Assembly: GCA_977016875.1 (NCBI GenBank) | Contig: CDRNST010000070.1 | Coordinates: forward strand, 992,001 to 1,056,000 | Direction of reading: 5' to 3' | DNA from: Pavona decussata | Taxonomy: Eukaryota | Length of the DNA: 64,000 nucleotides | Part shown: positions 1-13,610 of the stretch, one piece after another | How the letters are laid out: each line of letters starts with the position of its first letter | Position numbering within the stretch: the stretch's first letter is position 1 | The notes under the pieces: model-generated | What the model was told of the DNA's origin: nothing | Databases searched by the model: none | The model's input: only the letters and a program-made list of their open reading frames with translations | Program-made: the position numbers and the translations under genes

Positions 1-636
1 TGATGGCTGGTAACATTTATGTTTAAACTCATCAATAATAGATGAGCTTGGTGCCTAAAAAGGGGTGGTGGAGCTGGGCGGCAATCAGGCACAGGGAAGG
101 AGGTATCCATGGCAACCCTGTGAGTGGCCACCACGAAAGGCACTGTCACACTGAGACCAGTCAGTGGAATCCTTACTGAACCCAATACTTACCAAAAGGA
201 GGGCCGCAAGGGAAAAAAGCTTGAAAATTAAGCAGGCTAAATGATCTTACTCACAGGCTAGCAAGCTGGTAAATGCAAAGCAAACCATGAGGAGTCCCCA
301 GCAGAGACCCCAAAGGTCGCCTCTGAGCCGCACAGAGAGGCAACTGCTGACCGGCATTGTCTCGATTTTAACCTTGCCTAAATTAATAATTACATTGACC
401 CACGTGAAAACACGCTAAAATGACCGGTAACTGGTTCCTGCATGTAGCAAGAACCTTGAAGAGGGGGAGCTTAATAGGGGTTTAGAGCTTTTCCGGTATT
501 CTGTTGTTCCAATTATTTTTGTCTGGTGTATCTAAGAATCTTCCTTAGCATTGCCAACTAGCGTTTTAGATCATACTTCCCTAACTATTTGTACTGGTCA
601 CTTTTTTAAACATTACTCTGGTATTTTCTTGTGCAG

Positions 637-1260
637 ACACTGAAAAAGCGTGAACGTGATTATGAAGCTGAGCGAGACCTGCTGAAGATCAGTAATAATG
701 CCATCAAACAGAAGCTTGTGATCCTAAAGAAGGAAATGGATGTTAAACGGGAACTTGCCAAAAATTCCCAACAAAATTGTGTTAATTCAAAGACTTCTCA
801 GCCCCTTGATGACACAAATGCCAGAAAGCCTGTTGCAAAATTGAGAAGCATTGAAAGCCAAGCCTCACCTGTCTCTGTGGCAACGCAGACTTCATTCACC
901 TCTGGCGAGGAATCAGACACAGAATGCTCCGGGGCTTCTGGTGGGAAGATTCCTGAAGTGGAAAGCGATAAGATAGATTTGGTAAGTAATGGAGAAGTGG
1001 ATCATAGTGATGCAGTGAAGAAAGAAGCTTGCGTTGATGACGAGGATGAAGACGTGGATGTTGAAGGAGAAATCACTGATGATAACACTGAAGATGTGGA
1101 TGGTTTGATCAAGGATGAAGAGGCAAAGAGTACTAAGCCTGCTGAACCTAAAGCTACTCCAGGTAGATCCACCAAGAGGAAGGCTGCTGCCGGTGATGAT
1201 GGTAATAAATTAGAAGCCAAAAAATCAAATATCCAGTGCTGTGCACGTGTCAGCTGTTAG
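637..1260 (+). CDS. Terminal coding exon of MNT/MXD-like MAX-network bHLH-ZIP protein (upstream exons outside window)
   Basis: Acceptor ttttcttgtgcag|ACA. TLKKRERDYEAERDLLKISNNAIKQKLVILKKEM resembles the MNT zipper as I recall it (SLKRKEKEYEHEMERL...QQRLAELK). Acidic DEDVDVE motif as in MXD tails. Stop TAG at 1260, AATAAA at 1540-1545. Confidence 0.65.
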   Translation, partial: TLKKRERDYEAERDLLKISNNAIKQKLVILKKEMDVKRELAKNSQQNCVNSKTSQPLDDTNARKPVAKLRSIESQASPVSVATQTSFTSGEESDTECSGASGGKIPEVESDKIDLVSNGEVDHSDAVKKEACVDDEDEDVDVEGEITDDNTEDVDGLIKDEEAKSTKPAEPKATPGRSTKRKAAAGDDGNKLEAKKSNIQCCARVSC

Positions 1261-4200
1261 ATATGACACAAGGTCAGCCCCATAGATAATCTCACTGTGA
1301 TTCCAGTGAAAAACTGCTTCATACCATGTATGCAAGTGATCGCTGTAAATAAGAGAAATGTTTGGTTAGTTGTTCTAGATCTACTTTAAGATCTGCAATG
1401 GAGTTCTCCAGGGTGTGCTTTAAACATTCAATAGACCACCTTAAATGTTTGCTCAATTTTGAAGTTTGACTTGTACAAAAAATCATCAATACTACTCCCC
1501 ATCAATACTACTAGTCCCCAGAGAAGTGGCCTTAAAAGTAATAAACCTTGTAAAAAAATATGGTAGGTTTTACAAACAGTTATACAGCAATATGCAATGT
1601 CACATGTGTAGTGCCCGTAAAATGTTGGGAAAATGTTTGTGACATCTTCCCAGGTTGAGAGAAAAGAAAATTCAAATTGTCAAGGTTGAAGTCACTGCTC
1701 TATCTAGCACTGCCAATGTTTTTTTTCTGTTCTAGTCAGATGTCAAAATTTAGAAAAAGTTTAAGGTTGTCTGTTGTGACTGGGGTGCCTTAACCTGCCT
1801 CAATATATTATCCTAACTTAAAATATCTTAACATTGTTGTATTCTTAATGTAGGTGGCAACAGATGAGTTTGGTTGCAGCTTAGTTAAATGGCGTTTGTT
1901 CATCCAAGTGAAGTCTCTTTCAAATGTCATATAAAGTAATTGAAGGGCTGAGAGCACAACCATCTTATGTTGAATTTAGGTTAATTTTTCATTTCGTTCT
2001 GAAGTGCCTGAATTTGTACATGCGGTCTTCAATTCAATCAAAGAACACCACACAGCAAATGTTGTTGTTGTTGTTGTTGCTTGCTCCAAAACATGTTTTT
2101 CCACTTTTTTCTTTCACTGGCTCAATATTTTGGCCTCATTTTTTTCGGACACTGTGCACAAACCAGTGGAAAAAACACAGTGATGTTCTCTGACTAACTT
2201 GAAGGCCACATCCAAACATTCAGACACTTTCAAGTAAAACTAAAAATTAGCCTAAAATTCGACATAAGAAGGTTATGCTCTCGCCCCTTCAATTTATTTG
2301 GTGTGTACTGTAAAACAGTTATTTGTTTAAAAATTGTAAATGTTTATTTTCAGGTCATTGAAGATTGATTACCTCACTTGCTCAGACGTAGAGCATAAAC
2401 AGCGTTGATAAAATTTTTAATGGGTAAAACAACAGGGGCTCCCAGTGGTTCGTTTCGGTGGAATATCTGTGCAGAAAGACATTGCGTGTCTTAAAAATTT
2501 GTTAAGAAAGACCAGCATTTTCTTTAGTGAAAGGCCGTCTCAAACTTTTGCAATGCTAAAAACCTAATCCCTTTTGTTTTCAGAGGGGCAAATACATTGT
2601 TAAAAGTACAAAAAAAAAAAAAAAGAAAGAAAGAAAGGGCCAAGGCAAGCTAGCATTTTCGGATAGGCAACGGCAGCTCGTAAATTTGGGGAATGAAATT
2701 CTGTTCTCTAAAATTTTTGACAAATTAACTTTTCAACTAAGGAATCTGAACATCTAAAACTGTTTACTCAAATTTGCCTTTTAAAAGGCCATGAACTGAT
2801 TTGGACATGAGAGTAACAATATTTTAACTACTTTGCTTTGATGTTCTCGTTGGGTGCCCTTGAAACAACCACATTACGTAGTTTAAGGGGGTTGTACACA
2901 AATCTTTGCAAGTTGGATTTGCTGCAAACCCCAGTAGATCTCCTCAAAGCTATGAGTAAGGGATCATAGCCTGCACAACAGGTGTTTGTTTAGCCCAGTG
3001 TGAAGCGCAAGACATCTGGCATAAAGCATGGACACAATCACGCTTTGTATTTGGCAAATAAACCGCATCTTGCAGGCAAGGGAGATCAGTACTTGTTTCA
3101 TCTCATTTTGTAAACACATTTTTTTGAAATTTTCCTCCCAATTACCTTTATCTTGCGTTCAAGTGAATAACAGAGTGTTTTATTTGGTCTATAACTGATT
3201 ATGAATATATTTTTCTCACTCCAAAAGGGGATAATTATGATAGCATAGCTACTGGAATCGATATATAACACAGGTAACTTTAATCATGACAGTCTGTGAC
3301 AGGTAAGAAATGGGGAGATGGAGGGGGAATAGAAAGCAAAGTGTGAGGAGATTTACATCTGAAATGTCTGGCTGTCAAAATTATCTAAGACATATAAAAC
3401 TAACCAATCACAGCCAAAGGAATTTCAACAATCCTATTTTTGTTCAAAGAGGAGTGCTTAGCTTCAGTGGATTTGATGAAATCTGGCAACACCACTGAAC
3501 CAGAGACTAAATGTTCAAAAGAGCTGGCTCTTTTGAGAACATCAAAGCCTCCATTCATCATTACATTCAGAGACGCACCCATTGCAGGTCAAAAGTCAAT
3601 ATTTTATCAGGTGCAGCAGAGTTGAAGATAACTAGTCTTTCAGAAATCTGCTCACCAGAGTCACATTTTACTTCGATTTTTAAGTTCAATAGAAATAGTC
3701 ATCTCTTTTACTGAGGACAGTTTTGTCAAATTTTTCTGACCAAGTCAGTGAAGGGTTTGATTGACAAAGATTTACATCTGCTGGTCAAATGTAGGAAAAT
3801 TAGGACTGCGCCAATTTCAAGCAAATAAGGTCCAATGTCTGTAATGTTAACAGAACATACTACTGTCTAATTATGTTTGTTAGTTAGTTTTTGTTTTTTT
3901 GTTTTTTTTTCATACGTTCGTCCGATAAGTGTTTTATAAAACCTATACTTTGTGTCAATGTTGAGTTTGGAGTGTTGTAGGCCGACAATTTCTTGTTGCG
4001 TCGATTACCTTTTCGAACTTTTGGCACCTGTTAAGTTGAAATGGTTAAATAACATTGCAGGCAGCCATGTTGTCTCCTTCATTATGCAGTTCTATTCCCT
4101 TGTACCTCCCCACTCTTTTCCTGCCACACAGGCCACAATCATGACAATTCGGTTTGACCGATAATTCATGTCCAAATAAGAAAAAAAACATGGAAATGTT

Positions 4201-5492
4201 TACGTTTGTTACAGAGTGTGACTACCATTGCATGTTTGAGAAAGCGATCGACCTTTCTCGTGGACTACATGCTTTCCATAGCAAAGGACGTCTGAGCAAT
4301 TAGTTAAGAATACTGATGGTATCACACTGCACGAAGTGCCTCTGACTGGCGGCTGCTTTTTAATTCAAACTTGGTTAAAACTTTTTACTCATAAGCTCGC
4401 GAAATTATAAAGCGAAAAATTTCGTTTTGCTCTGAAATATACCAGGCTGTTCATCCCTATTGTTTGAGGCAAACCACCGGGAAACCAACAGCACCAAAGG
4501 GAAGGTTACCTCTCAACTGCATTCATATCAATGGTCGTAATTTAGGGAAGGCTCAGTGCTGATAGCACTCGTCTCCTGGACGCTATATGTAGTTTGAGTT
4601 TGTTGTTTGTTTTCTACTGTGCTTCAAGGGTTTTTCTCTAGGGCCTGCAAGTCAACTTGAGCAGTTGTTAGACTTTTATTTCCCTGCGACTTTCCCTAAA
4701 TGTTAAGGGTCGTGCGCAGTAAACGGAATTGCTTTATAAACCACAAAGTCAATTCCATCCAGTCTACAGCCTAACATGTTAGAAGTATCTCGCAGAGCAT
4801 AAGCAGTACCACGGGAAAATACTACTCAGTTTAAACGTTCGTTTGAATGGTTCACCGGATTACTAAAACAATTGAACCTCCTCGTACAGAATTAAGAACA
4901 GTACCACAAGAATGAACTGAGCAGTAGCTTTCACGAAGCTTTCACGTAAACCATAGTTTTCTACAGATAGTTGAAGGCTTTACTAATAGAATCGCCAAAT
5001 TTGAGTGGCACTATATATGGGCTAGTGTTGCATGTCCCAGGTTGTTGGTCAGACGGCCTTTTTGCATGGTGTAGCATCCAAAGGTCGTCGCATTTTGTAG
5101 ACCATGCATGTATATCTGGGTTTGGTGTATTTATGCGATAGTATACGTTATTGTGTACGGTTCTCGTAAGAGCTAGAGAGACTAATAGTTGCTACTGTGT
5201 AGCTGTAAACAGATCGAGTGTTGTGAATAAAGGCGGTGTCGGTCTTGTCCATTTTTGGACAGAAAATTTAATGTGGAGTTGTATTGTCATTATGCACCAG
5301 TCAATTCCAGTAGCGCCTATCCCTAACCCGCCCCCCCCCCCCCCCTCCTCCGGTGTTAGTGCGGCATTTTTTCACATGTCTGGTTCCGGGGATCGGGCAT
5401 CAGCCTACCCCCGGGGCTTTTGACAGCCTTGGGATTTTACGTTCCCAGGATCTCTCTTCTTCCCGCCCCTCAAGAGCTCTTGGGGGAGGGTT

Positions 5493-5708
5493 TTAAACCT
5501 TAAACACCTAATATCAAAGAACAAATTCTCCTATCTTGTCCCCATACTTTTCTTATAAAAGTACTGGGGAGACGTTATCCAGTAAAATAACAAGAAAATT
5601 CACCTTGGGTGATCATATCCTTAATTCTTATGACCTCTGGGATTGAATAAGCATTGATATTACCAGGAGAAATTTAATGCTGATCACTGTTAGGGCTTAA
5701 AGGGTTAA
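5493..5708. mobile_element. piggyBac-like MITE (TTAA-flanked)
   Basis: TTAA at both ends; right end ttaaaggg; inverted homologue at 55096-55283. Confidence 0.75.
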
Positions 5709-6495
5709 TTGTACCCATACAACCGGGTCACACTTTTTCACATTGCCGTGATGGATTTGGAAAATGTTCGCCTCCCAATTGAACAGTTTTCTCCGACTAT
5801 TTCACAAGTTGAATTTTTTTTTTTTATCCCAGAATCACGTTCTCTTAGCTTTATTAACGGCAATCACAATCTTCTCAAAAGTCATCTGTTCTTCATGCAC
5901 CTTCCCCGTGGTAAACGTATCCGTTGTGGTTGAACAAGAATTTGGATGAAGGCGGACGAGCATCGCATGATTGGTTTTTTTAACCACTAATGAATTCATC
6001 GGACATGCCTACGCATACCGCAAATGGACGATAATTTGCAAAAATGACAGCGGTTTATAATCCCACTGTTTCAGCTATTTTGTCAACCTTTGTATATTGT
6101 CATGGGTAAAGCTAAAGAACAGGGTCAGGGTTTTGCTTAATTCGATTTCGTTCAAAAGTTACAGAACATTTTTAAAACAGCGAGAAAAACATGCGGAGTG
6201 AGCGCACAAAAATGGAGTTCAAGAAAAGAACGTTTTGAACTATCGAATTCTTGATGAAGTAATCCAAAAATGTACCGATTTGCACGGACTGCAATATAGT
6301 TGTGGCATTTGATTTCTCTTTTATCCGCCAGTTTTAATCCGCTTTCGACGTATTTTCTACACAGAGTGACTTCTTACATCTTTAATTTTCTTGCATTTAA
6401 ATTTAGTGATTTTTAAAACAAAGCCTGAATCAACCCGTCCCTAGGGTTTTCCCCTTGTAAATTGGGGAGGGGCGCGTTTACAAGGGAATAACCCT

Positions 6496-6909
6496 CTTTT
6501 CGTATTTTGTATTTTTTATTTACTCCACATGATCGTTTTACATAAGGTTACAGTGCGTAAGAAAGGAGTGGAGAAGGGCATAATATAGTTAACTAATTGT
6601 ATGCCCTTTAAAATTATGATACAATATTTGTTAAGATAAAAAAAAGAAAAAGAGAAAAAGGAAAACTAATTATAAATAGAGGAGAAGAAAGACAGAAAAC
6701 GTTTTACAAGGTCGTGTATCAGTGATTAATACTGAGCAAAATAATACTGGAAGAGAGCTCGTTTAAACTGTTGTTTTATTGGTTTTTGACGAATCGATAA
6801 AGGAATATCATTCCAGTAATAGCATCCAATAATTGTTGGGCAAAATTTCCTAACATTTATTCTGAAAGGACTAGGATTGAGATGCTGTAGGGAAGCAATT
6901 CGAGTGGCG
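6496..6909 (-). mobile_element. 5'-truncated CR1/L2-group LINE 3' end
   Basis: Minus frame YATRIASLQHL...RINVRKF...GCYYWNDIPLSIR...FKRAL* is typical of the ORF2 C-terminus. A-rich tail. Flanked by direct repeat TAACCCT (6489-95, 6910-16) inside a small inverted-repeat element. Confidence 0.7.
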
Positions 6910-8559
6910 TAACCCTGGGAACGAGGTTGAGCTTGAATAAGTTAACGCTTGTTGTCAGTCAAGATTTATCGCAACAAATCCACTGAAGAGTTACAGATAT
7001 TTTGACAATTTCTGGGAACAATGTGGGTTACCGGTTTTACAATAAACCGGTTTCTAAATATTTAGAACAATAGCAATTGTTTCAATAATAGAATTATCAT
7101 ACTAGTTTGTTTCAAAATTTCTCGTTTAGGCAATACCACGCCTATGCTGCAGTCAAACAATGCAAAGAGAGAACTAGTATGAAAACTTCATACAGAGTAA
7201 ACCATTTTTCATTTGAAATTTTTGAAGAAAATAGTCTAGGTTAAGAAAGACCTCGAGAAAAAAACAAACCCGTTGAAGGTCGCGGGTTTTGAAATGTGAA
7301 GTGCATGTGTTAGGTCATGTAGCATACGTAAAGTGTTTCACATGTGAACGTAAAGTCGCCACGACTCGGATGCTCTAACTTAGACGAGGGGTGTGCCGCA
7401 GGTCAGGTGTTTACTCAACCCTCCGCTCAGTTCACCACGACTCGCCCTTCAGCTAAGTGGCCCAATAGGTGGTTTTCATTTCTTTACCGACTAGTGCGCG
7501 CAGTATATACTAGTCCAGTAATTTTCCACGGAAAGCCATCATGTAAAACATGACCTAGGCTTCCAGCCGGTAAGAAGTCTATTGTCCGCAGTAACACGCG
7601 CAAAAATGGAAAAGAACGAGGAGTAAGTTGGTCTTTTGTGGGATTGCGTCAGCTGTCGTCAAGACAAACCCGTATTCTTGCAAAAGGCATGCAACCGACG
7701 GGAGAAAATCGTATTTGTGGATGAGTACTGACAAATAATCATTTTCAACTTCAGCACACTCTTGAACACGAACAGGGAGTTATCACTATCTGAGGAATAG
7801 AATAGAATAGGAACTTTATTAGCGTGTCAGTGCCTTATAGCCTGGGAAAACCCATACTAATTTGGGGACACAAAATAAATGGCAATGTTAGCAATGTTAG
7901 TGCTTCCCAAATGGTCCTTGAAGGTATCTCTACCTCTCCAGTATTAACTGCACTGAAAGGCCTTATAGGTACCAGGAGCAGATCAGTGGAATTAACAGTA
8001 GATATCTAAACTGAAGAATAACTGGGGAACTATTGCAATAGCTGACCTGCTTTCATTGTAAACAGTGTTTACAAGAGAAATTTGAGATTGCCAATCACAC
8101 GAAAGGTACTCCCTGGAAATAAATGTGGATTTCGAACAGGCAGGATTGCGAGTGTTCGCTTTCCATCATCTGCGCAAAAACAAAATGCCACGAGCATAAC
8201 TGGGATCTGCACATGATGGTTTTTGATTGACTTCAATGAGGAAGCCTTTGACAGGTACGGAAAACCGGAATAGCCTCGAGAATATCCTTCAGTCACAAGT
8301 TGGTTGATTAACAAGCAGGTTTAGGAGTTGGGATATCATGTACATTGTAAACCATTTTATAGTCTATCGAATAAAATTTTATTTATACTGTAATATCATC
8401 GAAGTTTGGCAGCGAGACACAGCTTATACAGCAGTACGGTGTATCTCACTAGTTTTCTTTTTTGTTTCACCTAACAGCATGGTGGTTCCTATGTTATCCA
8501 CAATGGTAAAGTAACCAATGCCTGACTGCCATATTTTTCTGAACATCGATCAACATGTC

Positions 8560-9510
8560 TCCTATGACACAAGTACTTCCAAATCCAGATCAAACAGCAG
8601 CAGCTAGCCCATCACCCTGAATGGAAACGATCTCATGCAGAGAAGAAGAAACGTTCACCTATCTGCAAAGTATTGTGTCTATCACTGAAGAAAAACAACT
8701 GAATAAAGATTGGTTAGCGGACTAGACGTTTGAGAGCTGTGAATGCCCTTAGCCTATTATGGGATTCTAAAGCTTTGTACTAACTGGCCAGAAACAAACT
8801 GAGGATCTTGAACAACAATGTCAAAGTCCCTCCGCCTTATGCTTCTGAGCCCCGAGATGTGTGCATTGCAACATTGCAACATACAACATAACTCCAAACC
8901 TTCCACAATAGATCATTGTTTGAATTTTTGAATAAACTTGTTTCACATAAATAAATGGAAATTGGCTATGCATTGGTTCAAACCTGTAAGGTCGTATTGG
9001 AACAATACATTTTGGTTTTGGTGGAGGAAGAAAACCTCAGTATCCAGAGAAAAACTCATGGAACGAAAACGAGAACCCCGTTGCGAGACGAGTGCAACTG
9101 CGCCATCCCCGCTACATGCAAAGATCTGGGCCCGGTTGTTCGACAGCCGATTAACGTTAATCCACGATTAAAAGTTAACCGAGGTTTTCTGTTCCAGCGC
9201 TCGTTAAAATTGTTTTTAACCTCTAATGTTAAGCTAGTGGCAAAGAATAGTCAACGTCAAAACTGAGAGACAAAAATATTTTTGAAAAATCTTTATGCAG
9301 TGTAATTAAACTCGAACCAAAGTTGTTGTTAATCCAGGATTAGCTTAATCGGGCTTTGAACAACGGGACCCTGGAGAGTGAACGTCGCAACATCCACCAA
9401 ACATACTATGGGTTAGGTGGCCAGAGACCAACAGCAACGACAAAATTTGGGATAGGACTAACGCGGAGCCAATAATAGTACCAATTGCCGAAAGTAAATC
9501 CACTCTCAAA
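8560..9510 (+). mobile_element. Degenerate RTE-type LINE RT C-terminal fragment interrupted by younger insertions
   Basis: Broken frames ITLNGN..FTYL, KLRILNNNVK..YASE, LQTFHNR, continuing after 9372 with RWPET..NDKIWDRT. Confidence 0.55.
9129..9370. mobile_element. PIF/Harbinger-like MITE
   Basis: TIRs ggcccggttgttc / gaacaacgggacc; CTG direct repeat on both flanks. Confidence 0.75.
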
Positions 9511-9784
9511 CCCTATTTTTAAGGAATCTGGAATGCTGAAATTTCATGACATTCGCTTCATAGAATAAAGCAAATCAGTTCATGTATTCTCACAAGCACT
9601 CCATCCTACATTAAAGGTTTCATAAGTTATTTTTGCTAAACAGTACTGCTTTTGGATACAGTGGAAGAAATGCTCATACTTATAACTTACTCTTCATTAG
9701 AACAAATGCAAAACGATTTGCCATAACCTATCAAGAACCGAAGTATTTTAACTCTTTAGATGATTAATAGGTACTCGTCAGTCT

Positions 9785-10610
9785 AACAAAACTATGGAGT
9801 CGCGCTCCGGATGTTCAATCCGATACAGAGTCAGGCGTGGCTGGACAAGCCAATGCTCATGGCCCTCAGGTCTCTACTTGAAGACGTGCCAGTTCTTGTA
9901 TCGGGGATGTCTCCAAGAGACTATGCGTCGATGCGTCACATTGAAGAATGTGCTGCTGATGTAGAGGCCATGATGGCAGCAGAATTCCAGTAGGCGTTGC
10001 CCGTTTTCATTCATTTTCCTAGTGCGGAACTGCCCTAAACAGATAGGGCAGGAGTTATGATCGACACCCACTCTGGCGTTGAAATCACCAAGGATGAACA
10101 ATGGCCCTTTTGCGGGGATTCTTCTGATGGCAGTGCAGAGACGCATGCGCTGGCTTGGTTACCTGGTGAGAATGGATGACGGCCGGATCCCTGAGGATCT
10201 CCTCTACAGAGAATTGGTACAGGAGAAACGTCCCACAAGCAGACCCCAACTACGCTACTGAAGAGCCTACCCAGCATCAAGCTCACGCGCAGCTACCAGA
10301 GCGCTGATTGTGACACTGACCTCTCTTTGGTGTGCAGCAAGGTAAAACCAGGGAAAAGTGGAGGAATTTGCACGTGCGTTAGAGGATACTCTCTCAGGCT
10401 GGTCTAGTGCAAATGCCGGCGAAAGATGGGAAAACTTCAGGGAAGCTGTTTACAATGCCACCATGTCCACCTTAAGTAAGAAGGCTAGCAAGTCGACAGA
10501 CTGGTTCGAGGCTCACTCGGTAGAATTGATACCTGTCACCGTGGAGAAGAGAAAAGCCCTGGCTGCATACAAACATGGTCTGCCCCAGTGAATGGAACCT
10601 GTAGGTTCAG
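9785..10610. mobile_element. Scrambled RTE-clade LINE fragments (APE endonuclease, ORF C-terminus, tether)
   Basis: Minus: ILGDFNARVG..NENGQRLLEFC..SWRHPR. Plus: RRMRWLGYLVRMDDGRIPEDLLY, then TRSYQSADCDTD and DWFEAHS. Confidence 0.85.
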
Positions 10611-12877
10611 ATGATTACACCTTTAAATATTATCGAACTTCGCGTAACGTCCTTTATTAATTCCATAGTTAGTGTTATGTTACACGTTTGTAACGGGAAC
10701 GGGGGACCCTAATTTCAACGTCATGGTTTCTTCTTACTCTTTCGTTAATGTCTATTTTTTGAAGGATCGCGAGGTGATTTCTAGAGACGTGGCCAGCTCG
10801 CGAAAGGAATTCCTTAAGAATTTTCGTCTTCGGCCATACGTCATAAATATTCTAGTCACTGAAGCTACCGCTGATTCTATGGGAAGTGGTCTTCGTTTGC
10901 AGGTGTTATTTCTTATCCGTTTTCAAGCCTCGACAGAGACCTTTGACTGTTCCTTTTGCATTCCTAGTTTGGTACTTTGGTAAATTTTACCAACATAGAC
11001 CAACTGTTCAGAGTATTTTGGAAATGCAATGTAATTACAGCCGTTTTCGATTTGTGAGATTTGGGTACGAGATTAGTGACGTTTATCTCGATATGCTTGG
11101 ATGTACTTATTGGAAAGCCGATAAGGAGATTTTCGTTCACCAGCTGGTGTATACCAATCAAATGAAGTGCCTCCCTTTTCTCACGTGTACAGAGAAAACT
11201 TTAAGTCCAATCAGGAGCTGCCTGCCTTGAGCTTGTGGTTTGAAGTCTTGAAATGGTTGTAGATCACCTTATTGTCAGTGTCCTTTCTTTTATACAAGAA
11301 GATGTTTGTTACCTTGGAGGTTCATTGTGATCTTAGCTGTCAGTTAGTGTGGCAAAACGAAAGACCGTGATTTTTCCCACAAGCGGCAAAGAAGGAATTC
11401 AAAACAAGTTGAAGAAATTATGTTAACCTTGATTTATCTCCTTAAATATCCAGGAAACGAAAACAAACGCTTTTAACCGCAAAACATGCAAATTTACTGC
11501 AAACAATATCACTAAGGTAAGTGCTTCAACCAGCTGAGGCAACAAATCTACTGCAATCAGCTACTTCAAACAATTCACTCCAACCAAAATACTGTAATCA
11601 ATTCACTACAATCAACTGCACTGGAACCAAGTACTCCATCACATAAACGGTGAACGGAAGGTTTTTAGGTGAGGCGTGACACTTTAAAATGTATATCTAG
11701 TAGGACTGATATTAAAAGAATATCACAAGGTGTCAGTAATGGTTAAAAAAATCGCAGACGTTTCGGGTATAAGGGAAGAAAAGAAAAGAAGAAGAACCTT
11801 GCTTTGGGTCGGCAATATAAAGGGTGAAGATACTGCCAATCATACTGACTCAAGATCACGAAGAACGTACAATAAGGATAACCAAGTCTTGACAGCACCC
11901 TCCCCCTCCCCGCCCCCTGCTGAGCCCATCACGACTGCCAGCCTTGATGAGATCAACTAACGCATCGTATAGACCTATGGTCTGTTTCTTACATTCATCG
12001 GGAAACTATCTAAGCGCAAAAATGTTATCAATGGGGCCTCCGTTTGCGCAAATACCACAATAACGCTCTGGGAGTTTTTCCTCAGTCCACGAACACCCTG
12101 TACAAAAATGTTTCGTTAGTATAGGCACCTTGTATTTTTATCTGCTTTATTAGTATGTGGTTCATTTTAGGCGTCAATTTGTATTTTTATTTGAACGTAC
12201 ATTTCATTTTTATTTTCCCTTGATTTTCAGTTTTGAATGTTAATTTGTCAGATTTTTTCGTTTGCGTTGCTTTCGGCCGTATAAAAATGTCATAGTTATT
12301 TTGGGTGCCCTGCTACCAACTTTCTTGTTCAAATCAAAATTGATTGATTGTAATTCCTTTTTTTTGGTATAAATATATTGTTGTTGTTACGTTGCAAATC
12401 TCATTTACGAATGGAAAAGAAATAGAAGCGGAATCGTATGTGTGGTCTCTACCTCTGTTGGCCTTCATTTAGATCACTATAGCTGTTGGCTGTTGTTAAA
12501 ACAGTCGGGGTTTACTATTTTAGCTGGTATATCAGGAAGCGATTACTGCATCTCGCCGGTCCTGGGGCACTGACATGTCTGTTAGTCTTATGGAAGTGGA
12601 TTCCGCTGGGAATCAGCCACTGTAATTGACTACCCCAACTTATTACCTGTGACCAGTTCACTGCCACCAACCACCGCAACCAATCCAGTGCAGCAAAATG
12701 CTGCAATCTTTTAATTCATCCAATACAATCTAACCCACAAATGCAACAAATCCACTCCAACTGACTACTAGAACCAATTCACTGTAACCAACCCATTGCA
12801 CGCAACCGAGCTATCGCATCCATAAATTGCAGCTCTCTACTCCAGTCAATTCACTGTCACCAACCACTACAACTCCT

Positions 12878-13610
12878 CCCCTTGTGCTGTTACCTTGCCG
12901 TGGTGGGGAGGCTTGTGTGCCTCTTTGACCCCTGTGAGCTATACCAGCGTGGCCTTTGCCCCTGGTAGCTCCAACCAAGAAAAAAAAAAAGGTTTCAGGT
13001 TAGAGGCCAGACAAAATTCAGTACCTGGTCCTCTAGGTTGGGGGTTGGGCGTGGTGCCAACGACTCCACCCCCGTTAAACGTCCATCAAGTTACGGAAAC
13101 AACGACGAATACCAGTACCACGGACCCTGTAGTGGACGTAAGCTATTCGATTGGCAGTATGACTACTTATGATGAAAGCCTCCAACAGGAAGTCAGAGGT
13201 ACGATGATAGTCTGCTCGGGCCCAAAAGTAAGATCCGCGTAGGAACGTGGAATGTCCGCACTATGACATGAAAAACAACGCAGGTCATTAGTGAGTTGAA
13301 GTATAGGTTGGACATTCTGGGGATTAGTGAATGCCGAAGGACAGGTTCTGGGCACCGAGTGAACAGCGATGGATCAGTCACCCTGCACTCTGGACACGGT
13401 ATAGTCTCAAAAACTGTACAGAAAGACCAAGAGTCAGAGTGTGGTGCTGGACATCTCCCAAGCTTACGATGGCTTGGCATGCCTTCGGAATGGACCAGAA
13501 CCGTATACCCAAGACAGCTCTGAGATGGACTCCACCTGGCAAACGCAAAAAAGGTCGTCCCAAAACAACCTGGCGATGAACTGTGACAACGGAGCTGAAG
13601 GAATGGATTG
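12878..13610 (+). mobile_element. Internally deleted RTE-clade LINE (5' UTR, endonuclease start, 3' end)
   Basis: GTWNVRTM and RLDILGISECR (APE N-terminus) joined to RWLG..MDQNRIPKTALRWTPPGKRKKGRPKTTWR; followed by (GATT)n. Confidence 0.85.

Noticed and set aside
1002-1220. Antisense ORF and most other 60-130 aa ORFs in the track
   Set aside because: Shadows of real exons or repeats, many starting at GTG/TTG; no homology or splice support.
7308-7595. Solo LTR (TGTTA...TAACA)
   Set aside because: No target-site duplication and no second copy in the window.
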